A stretch of DNA of 64,000 bases from an uncultured Desulfobulbaceae bacterium (GCA_945787325.1 CALZHP010000001.1:66214-130213), one strand, 5' to 3'. Numbered from the stretch's first letter, positions 19,792 through 28,989 are shown. Numbers and translations: made by a program. The notes: generated by a model from the letters alone, not told the origin.

Positions 19792-20148
19792 TCAGGCTGC
19801 CTTATCTTTGGCAAGTTTTACCACCTGCGAAAAAGCATTCGGATCAAGGATAGCCATGTTAGACAATACCTTACGGTCCAACTCGACTTCGGCTTTTTTA
19901 AGATTACCCATAAGTTTGCTATAGCTGGTACCATTAATTCTGGCTGCGGCACTGATGCGCGCAATCCAGAGACTTCGCATGTCGCGTTTTCTGTTTCTGC
20001 GGTCCCGATATGCATAACTAAGTGCACGGTCTACAGCCTCTGTAGCTGTTCGATAAAGGCTGTTGCGCCCGCCTCTGAAACCTTTTGCAAGCTTAAGGAC
20101 TTTATTTCTTCTGCGGCGTGCTTTATAGCCGCGGGTTACTCTAGGCAT
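19792..20148 (-). CDS. rplT: 50S ribosomal protein L20
   Basis: [28 protein letters not shown]... Confidence 0.95.
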   Translation of the reverse strand: MPRVTRGYKARRRRNKVLKLAKGFRGGRNSLYRTATEAVDRALSYAYRDRRNRKRDMRSLWIARISAAARINGTSYSKLMGNLKKAEVELDRKVLSNMAILDPNAFSQVVKLAKDKAA

Positions 20149-20214
20149 TTTTCAAACTCCTTTTACAGTACAATTTAATATAAATCGATGGGCCAAGATG
20201 CCGATGTATTTATG

Positions 20215-20412
20215 TTACATGTAAGGAAGAATCCTTTTGATTCCCTTAAAGTTGGCATCATCCACCAATCCTGATTTTCTTAAATTACGCTTTCTTTTAG
20301 TTGATTTCTTAGTGAGGATATGACTGGTGAAAGCTTTATTACGTACTATTTTGCCGCTTCCTGTGGCCTTGAAACGCTTTGCAGCTCCTCTGTTCGTTTT
20401 CATTTTTGGCAT
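20215..20412 (-). CDS. rpmI: 50S ribosomal protein L35
   Basis: [33 protein letters not shown]... Confidence 0.95.
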   Translation of the reverse strand: MPKMKTNRGAAKRFKATGSGKIVRNKAFTSHILTKKSTKRKRNLRKSGLVDDANFKGIKRILPYM

Positions 20413-20631
20413 CTTTCTATTCTCCCGAAATAATATAAAAAATTGATATTTTGATTATATATCAGATTCAAACTGAAACGAAACGATGCAATAGTTTTTT
20501 CAGTATGAAAATGTTTTTTATACCGAACCTGTTAGACAGCAAATTGCAAATCACAACGACTATCTATTTTCGGTAATTATTATTTTTTTTCGCCTGGATT
20601 ACTGCTTATTGAGATCTAATAATTGAAACTA

Positions 20632-21177
20632 TCAGGTCTTAGGTGCAACAAACATGACCATCTGGCGTCCTTCCATTCTTGGCTCCTGAACAATAATAGC
20701 GTCCTCTGCCAAAGCCTCACTAATTTTGTTTAGAACCTCAATGCCCTGACTCTGAGCATAAACTATCTCTCGGCCTCGAAATCGCAGGGTAATTTTAACT
20801 TTGTTTTTCTGGGCCAAAAATTTTTTTATATTTCTTATTTTGAAGTTAAGGTCATGCTCTTCGGTCTTGGGTCGAAATTTAATTTCTTTAACCTCAACAA
20901 CTGTTTGTTTCTTTTTGGCCTCTGCCATTTTCTTACGTTGTTCATACCGGAATTTGTCATAATTCATAATCCGGCAAACCGGCGGTTTGGCGTTTTCAGA
21001 AACTTCAACAAGATCAAGTCCAACATCATCTGCCCTCCTTTGAGCCTCTTCAGAGGACATAACCCCCAATTGCTCACCTTCGTGACCTATGAGTCTTATT
21101 TCTGGGTGGGTGATCTGTTCGTTAAGTTTTACTTTAATCTCCTGCTTGCCAACCGGTTTCCTGCCTCTTCTTTTGAT
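20632..21177 (-). CDS. infC: Translation initiation factor IF-3, with a non-canonical AUC start
   Basis: The track ORF (start 21069, actually TTG) lacks the conserved N-terminus. The frame stays open up to a TGA at 21190-21192. GGAGG is followed 7 nt later by ATC at 21177, giving IKRRGRKPVGKQEIKVKLNEQITHPEIRLIGHEGEQLGVMSSEEA... (181 aa). Confidence 0.85.
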   Translation of the reverse strand: MKRRGRKPVGKQEIKVKLNEQITHPEIRLIGHEGEQLGVMSSEEAQRRADDVGLDLVEVSENAKPPVCRIMNYDKFRYEQRKKMAEAKKKQTVVEVKEIKFRPKTEEHDLNFKIRNIKKFLAQKNKVKITLRFRGREIVYAQSQGIEVLNKISEALAEDAIIVQEPRMEGRQMVMFVAPKT

Positions 21178-21244
21178 ACTCTTACCTCCTCACGTTTAAT
21201 ATGATTACTATGCTGAAATACTGGTTACCCATGCATATATTTAA

Positions 21245-23188
21245 TCAATTCCTTTTCAGCCCTTCAGCACACTCGGCATTAACAAGCTCAACAAACTCCT
21301 TGGAAGTCATAGGCGGAAGATTTTTCCCGTCACGCAAACGCACGGTTACCACGCCATTTTCAACTTCTCTGTCACCTATAACAAGCATAAAAGGAACTTT
21401 AGAAAGCTGAGCTTCACGGATTTTATAATTAAGTTTCTCATTTCGCAAATCTTTTTCAACCCTTATGCCTGCTTTACGTAAATCTGTATATACTTTCTCA
21501 CAATATTTGCCTTGTGAATCTGTTATGTTCAAAATACGTGCCTGCACAGGCGCCAACCATAAGGGAAATGCACCGGCATAATTTTCAATAAGTACACCGA
21601 TAAAACGTTCCAACGAACCCATAAGAGCACGGTGAATCATTATCGGTTGGTGCTCTTTGCCATCATCACCGACATAAGTAATTTCAAATCTCTCAGGCAA
21701 ATTGAAATCAACTTGGATAGTAGAGCATTGCCAGGAACGTCCGAGAACGTCTTTAATTTTGATATCAATTTTGGGACCGTAAAAAACACCTTCTCCTGGA
21801 TCAATCTGGTATTCGAGGCCCCTTTTGGTTAATGCCTGCTTGAGCGCATCTGTTGATTTCTGCCAGTGCTCCTCACTGCCAACATATTTCTCTGGACGGG
21901 TGGAAAGATAAATATCATATTTATCAAATCCAAACGTTTCAAGTATATGAAGATTAAGGTCCAGAATGTTAAAAATTTCTTCTTCAAGCTGATCAGGGCG
22001 ACAAAAAATGTGAGCATCATCCTGAGTAAAACCCCTCACCCGAAGAAGACCATGAAGTACACCGGTCCTTTCGTACCTGTAAACAGTCCCCAATTCGCAC
22101 CAGCGAATGGGGAACTCCCTATAACTCCGCATCGAAGATTTGTAGATACCGATATGGAATGGACAGTTCATCGGTTTTAACTGGTATTTAATATCATCGA
22201 TATCCATGGATGAATACATATTTTCTCCATAGAAATCGAGGTGTCCGCTTGTTTTCCAAAGATCAAGACGCGCAATATGAGGGGTGTATAAAAGCTCGTA
22301 GTCGTTTCTGTAATGCTCTTCTTTCCAATAATCCTCAATGAGTTTTCTTAAGAGGGATCCTTTTGGCTGCCATAAAATGAGCCCGGGACCGACCTGATCT
22401 TGAATTGTAAAAAGTCCAAGTTCTTTGCCAAGTTTCCTGTGATCCCTCTTCTTAGCCTCCTCGAGGCTAAATAAATGCTTCTTAAGGGCTTTCTTGTCAA
22501 AAAAAGCGGTCCCGTACAGTCGCTGAAGCATGGCTTTATTTTCATCACCACGCCAATATGCTCCAGCAAGCTTAATAAGTTTAAAAGCTTTTACCCAACC
22601 GGAATGTGGTACATGAGGTCCTTTGCATAAATCAACAAAATCCCCAAGCTGGTAAAGGCTGACGTTTTCGTCGTCAATTTCCTGAAGGATTTCAACTTTA
22701 TAATGTTCGCCTTTTTCATCAAAAAGCTTGGCGGCTTCTTGAACAGATAATGTTTTCTTTTCAAAAGGTTGTGCAGAATTTACTATTTCCTGCATTCGGT
22801 CCTCAATGCGTGAAAAATCATCTGGTGTAAAAGGAATCTTTCGATCAAAGTCGTAGTAAAATCCATCTGCAATTGAAGGCCCGATTGCAATTTTCACATC
22901 CGGTCCAAAGCAGTCAATTACTGCATGTGCCATTATATGCGCACAGCTGTGTCTGAGGATATCAAGTCCTTCATCAGAATCAGCTTTAACAGGTTCCATT
23001 TCAATCCTGGTATCCGACAGATCTGCCAAAGGCGAAGAAAGGTCAATTAAATTGTCTCCCACTCGAACAGCAAGAGTTTGTTTGCGCAGCTTGTTGGAAA
23101 CAAGCTCAGCAACCGCATCACCCACTGTCAAATCAGAGGAAACAAGTTTTTTTTCACCCCCTACTAGGGATATGGATATCTCTGCCAT
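21245..23188 (-). CDS. thrS: Threonine--tRNA ligase
   Basis: 647 aa. TGS-like N-terminus, editing-domain HSCAHIMAHA, class II core (YRYERTGVLHGLLRVRGFTQDDAHIF). Confidence 0.95.
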   Translation of the reverse strand: MAEISISLVGGEKKLVSSDLTVGDAVAELVSNKLRKQTLAVRVGDNLIDLSSPLADLSDTRIEMEPVKADSDEGLDILRHSCAHIMAHAVIDCFGPDVKIAIGPSIADGFYYDFDRKIPFTPDDFSRIEDRMQEIVNSAQPFEKKTLSVQEAAKLFDEKGEHYKVEILQEIDDENVSLYQLGDFVDLCKGPHVPHSGWVKAFKLIKLAGAYWRGDENKAMLQRLYGTAFFDKKALKKHLFSLEEAKKRDHRKLGKELGLFTIQDQVGPGLILWQPKGSLLRKLIEDYWKEEHYRNDYELLYTPHIARLDLWKTSGHLDFYGENMYSSMDIDDIKYQLKPMNCPFHIGIYKSSMRSYREFPIRWCELGTVYRYERTGVLHGLLRVRGFTQDDAHIFCRPDQLEEEIFNILDLNLHILETFGFDKYDIYLSTRPEKYVGSEEHWQKSTDALKQALTKRGLEYQIDPGEGVFYGPKIDIKIKDVLGRSWQCSTIQVDFNLPERFEITYVGDDGKEHQPIMIHRALMGSLERFIGVLIENYAGAFPLWLAPVQARILNITDSQGKYCEKVYTDLRKAGIRVEKDLRNEKLNYKIREAQLSKVPFMLVIGDREVENGVVTVRLRDGKNLPPMTSKEFVELVNAECAEGLKRN

Positions 23189-23205
23189 GCCAATATAACC
23201 TGTTA

Positions 23206-23269
23206 TAAAAACAAAAAAGCAGGCTTCGTGTTTTATACATGTAACATTACCAACACACGTGCGAAGCCT
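23206..23269 (-). promoter_or_regulatory. Terminator-like hairpin plus U-run immediately upstream of the thrS RBS
   Basis: Arms AGGCTTCG (23221-23228) and CGAAGCCT (23262-23269). On the minus strand the hairpin is followed by GCUUUUUUGUUUUU, ending about 18 nt before the thrS ATG. Confidence 0.5.
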
Positions 23270-23318
23270 ACATATTAAAGTATGCTAAAATGTTTGTTGA
23301 GTTCATTTAAAATTAATC

Positions 23319-23393
23319 TGGTAGGCGCGGGCGGTTTCGAACCGCCGACTTCTACCACGTCAAGGTAGCGCTCTCCCACTGAGCTACGCGCCT
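23319..23393 (-). tRNA. tRNA-Val (anticodon GAC)
   Basis: Minus strand AGGCGCGTAGCTCAGTGGGAGAGCGCTACCTTGACGTGGTAGAAGTCGGCGGTTCGAAACCGCCCGCGCCTACCA. Anticodon loop UUGACGU, encoded CCA. Confidence 0.9.
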
Positions 23394-23557
23394 GTAAATG
23401 CCCGTCAATCTTGCCTTTGCATCTATTATTGAAAAGAATCCAAAACCAGCTGCCAAAAAACAGTAAGAAACGGAGTGGTAAAGCATGAACGAATTACCAG
23501 CTATTGCCTTCTATGTCAAGGTTTATCTAGTTTAGATTGTACTTTTTAAAGTTTTTT

Positions 23558-24160
23558 TCAAGTAGCTTCATGACGATCTGCAATTGCCCTGGATAGTGTC
23601 ATATCGTCTGCATATTTTATGTCCATGCCCATAGGTATTCCACATGCCAGGCGGGTAACTTTGACAGCGATCTCTTCAAGGTGTCTGATCAGAAAAGATG
23701 CTGTTGCTTCCCCAGGAACAGTAGAACTTGTTGCGATAAGAACCTCTTTTACATCGCGATTCTTGATACGCTCTACAAGTTCATTTATCTTTAATTCTTC
23801 AGGACCTATCCCGTCCATTGGAGAAAGAACTCCATGGAGAATGTGATACAATCCTTGGTAAGCACCTGTTTTCTCAATTGCCATAAGATCTGCAGGTTCT
23901 TCGACAACAGAGATCAAACTGCTGTCACGTTTAGGATTTGCACAAATAGAGCATGGGTCTGTTTCTGAGAATATGAAGCAACTGGAGCATAAGCGAATTG
24001 AGCTGTGAAGTTCAGAAAGGTCCTTGGCCAGATTCAGTGCTTCGGCCGCAGGTCTACGCATTATAAACAATGCCAGTCTTGTAGCTGTTTTCTTTCCAAC
24101 TCCTGGAAGACGGTTTAAATCCTGGATTAATCTTTCAAGGGAGGGAGGAACAACGTGCAT
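23558..24160 (-). CDS. recR: Recombination protein RecR
   Basis: HhH N-terminus (LPGVGKKTATRLA), C4 zinc finger CSSCFIFSETDPCSIC, and a Toprim domain. Confidence 0.95.
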   Translation of the reverse strand: MHVVPPSLERLIQDLNRLPGVGKKTATRLALFIMRRPAAEALNLAKDLSELHSSIRLCSSCFIFSETDPCSICANPKRDSSLISVVEEPADLMAIEKTGAYQGLYHILHGVLSPMDGIGPEELKINELVERIKNRDVKEVLIATSSTVPGEATASFLIRHLEEIAVKVTRLACGIPMGMDIKYADDMTLSRAIADRHEAT

Positions 24161-24189
24161 TTCAATAAATTCCTGTAATATATCTTTAA

Positions 24190-24498
24190 CTAAAATAGAC
24201 CCGGGATTTTCATACCACCGGTTAGCTGACTCATTTCCTGCTGGGTCATCTGCTGTACCTTCCTCAGTGCATCATTAACTGCAGCCACTATAAGATCCTG
24301 TAGCATGACAGGATCTTCAGGATCTATTACTTCTTTTTCGATGGTAATAGAAACAATTTCATTTTTTCCATTAACTGTTACTGAAACCATACCGCCGCCA
24401 GCACTTGCTGATACAGTTTTCTTGGCCAGCTCGCCCTGGAGTTCATTCATTTTTTGCTGAAAGTCCTGGGCCTGTTTCATTAGGTTACTCATATCCAT
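24190..24498 (-). CDS. ybaB: Nucleoid-associated protein YbaB/EbfC
   Basis: 102 aa, MSNLMKQAQDFQQKMNELQGELAK... Sits in the canonical dnaX-ybaB-recR order. Confidence 0.9.
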   Translation of the reverse strand: MDMSNLMKQAQDFQQKMNELQGELAKKTVSASAGGGMVSVTVNGKNEIVSITIEKEVIDPEDPVMLQDLIVAAVNDALRKVQQMTQQEMSQLTGGMKIPGLF

Positions 24499-24579
24499 TT
24501 TAAGACCTCATAATTATAAACAATAAAATTAATAAATGTTTGAAAATTGGAGTGTTCAGAAAGGAACTGCATGAGAACC

Positions 24580-26361
24580 TTAACGGCTTCTTGGACCAGT
24601 TCTAACGTTCGTAATATGTCCATCAAGCACGTCTGTAACCATCCGTACAAGGGGATCCTTCACCAAAGCACGTCTTTCTTCCTGTGGAAGTCCATCTTCC
24701 TGTCCTTCGTTACCGGGGGTGTTCTCACCTCGAAGTTTAAATTTTACTTTGAGTTCTTTTTGAAAAAAATCTTGGGCAAACTCTGTGAGGTATTTAATGT
24801 TTTCTGATGATTGCAGCATTTTGAAATCAGATTGATCATCAAATTTCAAGAGAAGTTCATTGTCTTGTTCCGTTGCTCCGGAACAAAGTTGAAGGGTATG
24901 GGCCATCCATTTTTTTCTGTCCATAATATAATGGATAAATTCATCCCAGTTTTTTCTCAGGTCCTTCGGTTTAGTTTTAATTATCTCTACTTCTGGTGGA
25001 CCAGATATTTCTTCCTTGGTCATCTTTGAATTCGCATCTCCAGAATGATCAATAGCTTTTGAAAAAGGTTCTCTTTCTTTTTCAGAAACTTTTACCCTCG
25101 CAATATCTTCTTCATTATCTGTTTTGGCTTTGTAATTTACATCTTCTGACATCAAAGGATGCTTTATTGAATTTCCATATTTTTGAAGTCCTTCACCTTT
25201 TAAAATCTTATCAAGATTTTCCAATATATTGCCAACCGGAACAATATTTCCAGCCTGTACAGACTTTATAAGAGCTATTTCCAAGGTTATTCTTGGCTGT
25301 GAGGAATATTGAATTTGCTCCACACTTTTCTGGAAGAGATTAAACATATGATACAGGGTTTCTGGGCTGTAATCTTTCGATAGAGCAGTCATTGATTGTA
25401 TTTCCTGATCGGAAGAATCAATAATTCTATGAGGTTGCTGTGTAGTTTTACAGATAAGCAGTGCCCTGAAATACAGCAGCAAGTCATTAACAAAGCGTTT
25501 CAAATCTATACCAAACGAGTATGTTTCATCAAGCAAAGTAAGGCACCTCTGCAAATCGCCTGTAAGAACAGCACGTGCAAGAGCTTCTAGAGTCTCACTG
25601 CCAACAAGGCCGAGAACCTGCACCACATCTTCATCAGTAACATGAAGTACGCCAGTTGCTTCGTCACTTACGGAAAATGAAAATACCTGATCAAGAAGAC
25701 TGAGGCCGTCTCGCACACTTCCTCCTGCTTCACGAATAATCATATCAATAGCATTATCCGATATTTTTACATTTTCTTTGGCAGCAATCATCCTGAAAAA
25801 AACAGCAAGCTCATTTGCAGGTACCCGTTTCAACTCATAGCGCTGGCAGCGTGACAGAATAGTCACAGGAATTTTATGAAGCTCGGTTGTTGCAAACATG
25901 AAAATTACATGTTCAGGAGGTTCTTCGAGTGTTTTCAACAGAGCGTTGAAAGCCTCCGTTGTAAGCATATGCACTTCATCTATGATAATGATTTTAAAAC
26001 GATCACGAGAAGGATAAAATCGTATATTTTCCTTAAGCTCTCTTATTTCCTGAATGCCGCGATTTGATGCACCGTCAATTTCATGAAGATCAGCCGAAGA
26101 GCCATCAGTAATACTTGTGCAGGAAGCGCATTTGTTGCAGGGGATTTTTACAATACCAGTATCACAATTAAGTGATTTTGCCATGATCCTGGCCAGAGTC
26201 GTTTTTCCTACACCACGTACTCCGCTGAACAACATTGCGTGCGGAACACGGTTACGCTCAATTGCATTTTGCAGGGTACGTACAACAGGTTTCTGACCAA
26301 TTACGTTTTCAAATGTTTGTGGGCGCCACTTTCTGGCAAGTACCAAGTAAGACATGATCAA
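24580..26361 (-). CDS. dnaX: DNA polymerase III subunit gamma/tau
   Basis: Walker A GVRGVGKTT, Zn module CNKCASC, DEVHML, and sensor SRCQRY. The C-terminal domain begins around NWDEFIHYIMDRKKW. Confidence 0.95.
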   Translation of the reverse strand: MIMSYLVLARKWRPQTFENVIGQKPVVRTLQNAIERNRVPHAMLFSGVRGVGKTTLARIMAKSLNCDTGIVKIPCNKCASCTSITDGSSADLHEIDGASNRGIQEIRELKENIRFYPSRDRFKIIIIDEVHMLTTEAFNALLKTLEEPPEHVIFMFATTELHKIPVTILSRCQRYELKRVPANELAVFFRMIAAKENVKISDNAIDMIIREAGGSVRDGLSLLDQVFSFSVSDEATGVLHVTDEDVVQVLGLVGSETLEALARAVLTGDLQRCLTLLDETYSFGIDLKRFVNDLLLYFRALLICKTTQQPHRIIDSSDQEIQSMTALSKDYSPETLYHMFNLFQKSVEQIQYSSQPRITLEIALIKSVQAGNIVPVGNILENLDKILKGEGLQKYGNSIKHPLMSEDVNYKAKTDNEEDIARVKVSEKEREPFSKAIDHSGDANSKMTKEEISGPPEVEIIKTKPKDLRKNWDEFIHYIMDRKKWMAHTLQLCSGATEQDNELLLKFDDQSDFKMLQSSENIKYLTEFAQDFFQKELKVKFKLRGENTPGNEGQEDGLPQEERRALVKDPLVRMVTDVLDGHITNVRTGPRSR

Positions 26362-26518
26362 TTAAATAATTTTCTTACAAGTATTCAGAAGTCATCATGA
26401 TTTCCGGAATAAAGACATTAATGAAGCGTAACAATTAATTCGAACATACACGGAGTTGAAAATGCAATCAATGAAGAAATGAACATTTGAAATATATAGA
26501 AATGAACTAAAGAAAAAA

Positions 26519-26622
26519 GGATAGCCAGGCACCCTGCGGCACACAAAGAATCTCACTACCGTTGCTTCCTCCCGGATCTGGCGGAGTTCGCGAGTCTTTG
26601 TTGCGCAGGACCCGGCTATCAC
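26519..26622 (-). ncRNA. ffs: Signal recognition particle RNA (small, 4.5S type)
   Basis: The minus strand reads GUGAUAGCCGGGUCCUGCGCAAC...CCGCCAGAUCCGGGAGGAAGCAACGGUAG...GUGUGCCGCAGGGUGCCUGGCUAUCC plus a U-run. This matches the conserved domain IV core (GGAAGCA, symmetric/asymmetric loop context) and a closing helix GAUAGCCGGG/CCUGGCUAUC. It sits in the canonical position upstream of dnaX. The ends are approximate. Confidence 0.75.
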
Positions 26623-26638
26623 ACTGAATCTAATATGG

Positions 26639-26724
26639 TGGCGGAGAGGGTGAGATTCGAACTCACGGAACTCTCGTTCACACGCGTTCCAGGCGTGCAC
26701 CTTAAGCCACTCGGTCACCTCTCC
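26639..26724 (-). tRNA. tRNA-Ser (anticodon GGA)
   Basis: Minus strand GGAGAGGTGACCGAGTGGCTTAAGGTGCACGCCTGGAACGCGTGTGAACGAGAGTTCCGTGAGTTCGAATCTCACCCTCTCCGCCA. Long variable arm, anticodon loop CUGGAAC. Confidence 0.9.
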
Positions 26725-26860
26725 TCAAACATGATACAGAAACGAGTCACACTCTTTACCCTGATACAGATAAATTTTCAATTAAAAAAAGTGCTGCGAG
26801 TGGCCATGAATAACTGCAATATACAGTATTATTATGACGATTTATAGTTACAAGTTAATC

Positions 26861-27313
26861 TCAGTCTCTCTTTATCTTAAAAAAATTCCTGAGTAGTTCA
26901 CTACACTCTTCTGCAAGAACTCCTCCCTGGATAGCAAATGAGTGATTCATCCTGTTATCGCTTCCAATATTATAGCACGAATAAACTGCTCCTGCTTTAG
27001 GGTCTGACGCCCCGTAACAAAGCCTTGCCACCCTGGCATGGATCATGGTTGCAGCACACATAGCACAAGGTTCGAGTGTGACATATATAGTTGTTCCAGA
27101 AAGTCTGTAGTTATTAATGAGTTTTCCAGCAGCTCTTAAAACCAATACCTCCGCATGCCCAGATGGGTCGTTCAATTCTATGCAGCGGTTTCCATCAGCA
27201 GCAAGCACTTTTCCATTCTTATCAGTGATTACTGAGCCTACCGGCACCTCACCTCTTTCAGCTGCGTTTCTTGCTTCATCCAGTGCAATTTTCATATATT
27301 TCTTATCATCCAC
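26861..27313 (-). CDS. tadA: tRNA adenosine(34) deaminase
   Basis: Deaminase zinc motifs SGHAEVLVL and EPCAMCAATMIHARVARLCYG. Confidence 0.9.
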   Translation of the reverse strand: MDDKKYMKIALDEARNAAERGEVPVGSVITDKNGKVLAADGNRCIELNDPSGHAEVLVLRAAGKLINNYRLSGTTIYVTLEPCAMCAATMIHARVARLCYGASDPKAGAVYSCYNIGSDNRMNHSFAIQGGVLAEECSELLRNFFKIKRD

Positions 27314-27571
27314 TTTTCTGCCTGTGTTTCAAAAGATTAATATTCCTAATTTAATAATAAGTATTTGATCTTTAAATTTTAAAAGTTAATTTGCTTCATA
27401 TTATAAAAATATATTACTAATAAAATATCAGGTTTGGGTATATTTTATATTGCAATTGTCATCTCATTTTATATCTAATACATGTTCTATTTAAATTGTT
27501 AATTAAACGAATTATTAATGTTTAATAAGTGATCAAATGAATGATAAATTAAAATAAGGAGCAAGAAAAAT

Positions 27572-27730
27572 ATGGACAAATATGTATGCACAATCTGTGG
27601 CTATGTTTACGACCCTGAAGCTGGTGATCCCGATAATGGCATTCCCCCTTGTACCGCCTTCGAAGACCTGCCTGATGACTGGGTATGCCCTGTATGTGGT
27701 GCAGGAAAAGATGACTTTGAAAAAGAGTAA
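27572..27730 (+). CDS. Rubredoxin (52 aa, below the ORF-track length cut-off)
   Basis: My own translation is [52 protein letters not shown]. It has two CxxCG knuckles and an AAGGAG site 10 nt upstream of the ATG. Confidence 0.9.
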   Translation: MDKYVCTICGYVYDPEAGDPDNGIPPCTAFEDLPDDWVCPVCGAGKDDFEKE

Positions 27731-27813
27731 ACAATAATTCCTTTTCTGGAACAGAATCAATTCTGTTATAAATATATACATCAGTACGTTCATATAATGG
27801 GAGATTTCCCCGA

Positions 27814-28974
27814 ATGAAAAAGTATCTGATAATAGGTAATGGTGTTGCTGGCACCACTGCTGCAGAATACATACGTAAGCAGGATAATGAAGGCCAGATA
27901 ACTATAATATCAGATGAGACCATCCCATTCTATTACAGGACACGGCTTGCAGATTATATTGCCGGTGAAATTTCAGAAGATAAGCTTATTGCCCGCAAGG
28001 AGCACTGGTATAAAAACAAAGAGATTAACTTGATGATCTCCACTAGAATTACAGGTGGAAATCTCGATGAAAATTTTGTTAATATTGGGACCGGTGAAAA
28101 GATACATTATGACTCTTTATTACTTGCCACTGGAAGCAATTCTTTTATACCTCCAATAGAAGGTGTAAAAAAGGAAGGAGTATTCACCCTCAGATCAATT
28201 TGTGATGCCAATGCAATAGTAAGTGCTGCAGAACTAACAGATACAGTTGTTATTATTGGCGGTGGACTCTTGGGGCTTGAAGCTGGAAACGCATTAAGGA
28301 AGCTCGGCAAAAAAGTTTCAATAGTTGAGTTCTTCCCGAGACTTTTACCCAGACAACTTGATGAAGCTGGAGCCGATACACTGCAACACCTTCTTGAAGA
28401 AATGGGTTTTACATTCCGGCTTGGTGTATCAACTTCTAAAATATCAAGTGTTTGCAGTGAAACTGCAGTAGAACTCGATAATGGAGAAACACTGCATGCT
28501 GGTATTGTCATAATTTCTGCTGGAATCAGGCCGGACCTGTCACTCTCCCAGAAATTAGGCATAAAAGCCGACAAGGGAGTCCTTGTTGATAATCAAATGC
28601 TTACGAGTCATAATAATGTGTATGCAGCCGGCGACGTCGCTCAATATAAAAACTTTCTCTACGGCATCTGGCCTGCCGCCATGGAACAGGGAATAATTGC
28701 CGGTATTAACATGGGTGGCGGTAAAGCTTTCTATAGTGGGTCCGCTATGGCAACCACATTAAAAGTTGCGGGGCTTGACGTTGCTTCGGCAGGCAATATC
28801 GATAATGAGAACAGGCTTGAAAGCCGGCTGGAATCAACCGACCGGACCTACAGAAAATATGTATTGGATAACGAAATAGTTGTAGGGTGTATTATGGTTG
28901 GTGATACTAAAGGTTTCAGTCAAGCAAAAAAGGCCATATCAGAACATAAGAGAATTTCTGATGTTGATATTTGA
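27814..28974 (+). CDS. FAD/NAD(P)H-dependent pyridine nucleotide-disulfide-family oxidoreductase, likely NADH:rubredoxin oxidoreductase
   Basis: Two Rossmann motifs (IIGNGVAGTTAA and IIGGGLLGLEAG) and AAGDVA. Starts 84 nt downstream of the rubredoxin gene. The function is assigned by context. Confidence 0.75.
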   Translation: MKKYLIIGNGVAGTTAAEYIRKQDNEGQITIISDETIPFYYRTRLADYIAGEISEDKLIARKEHWYKNKEINLMISTRITGGNLDENFVNIGTGEKIHYDSLLLATGSNSFIPPIEGVKKEGVFTLRSICDANAIVSAAELTDTVVIIGGGLLGLEAGNALRKLGKKVSIVEFFPRLLPRQLDEAGADTLQHLLEEMGFTFRLGVSTSKISSVCSETAVELDNGETLHAGIVIISAGIRPDLSLSQKLGIKADKGVLVDNQMLTSHNNVYAAGDVAQYKNFLYGIWPAAMEQGIIAGINMGGGKAFYSGSAMATTLKVAGLDVASAGNIDNENRLESRLESTDRTYRKYVLDNEIVVGCIMVGDTKGFSQAKKAISEHKRISDVDI

Positions 28975-28989
28975 AGTTTTCTTTCAATG

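Noticed and set aside
23247-23253. The loop of the thrS-leader hairpin contains UUGGUAA, identical to a tRNA-Thr(GGU) anticodon loop. This suggested an E. coli-style ThrRS operator mimic.
   Set aside because: The flanking bases (GUGUG / UGUUA) do not form an anticodon-stem-like helix, and a 7-mer match can be chance. I kept only the structural observation (hairpin plus U-run).
26395-26718. 107-aa minus-strand ORF in the track.
   Set aside because: It is fully occupied by the SRP RNA (26519-26622) and tRNA-Ser (26639-26724), so the ORF is a by-product of the structured RNA genes.
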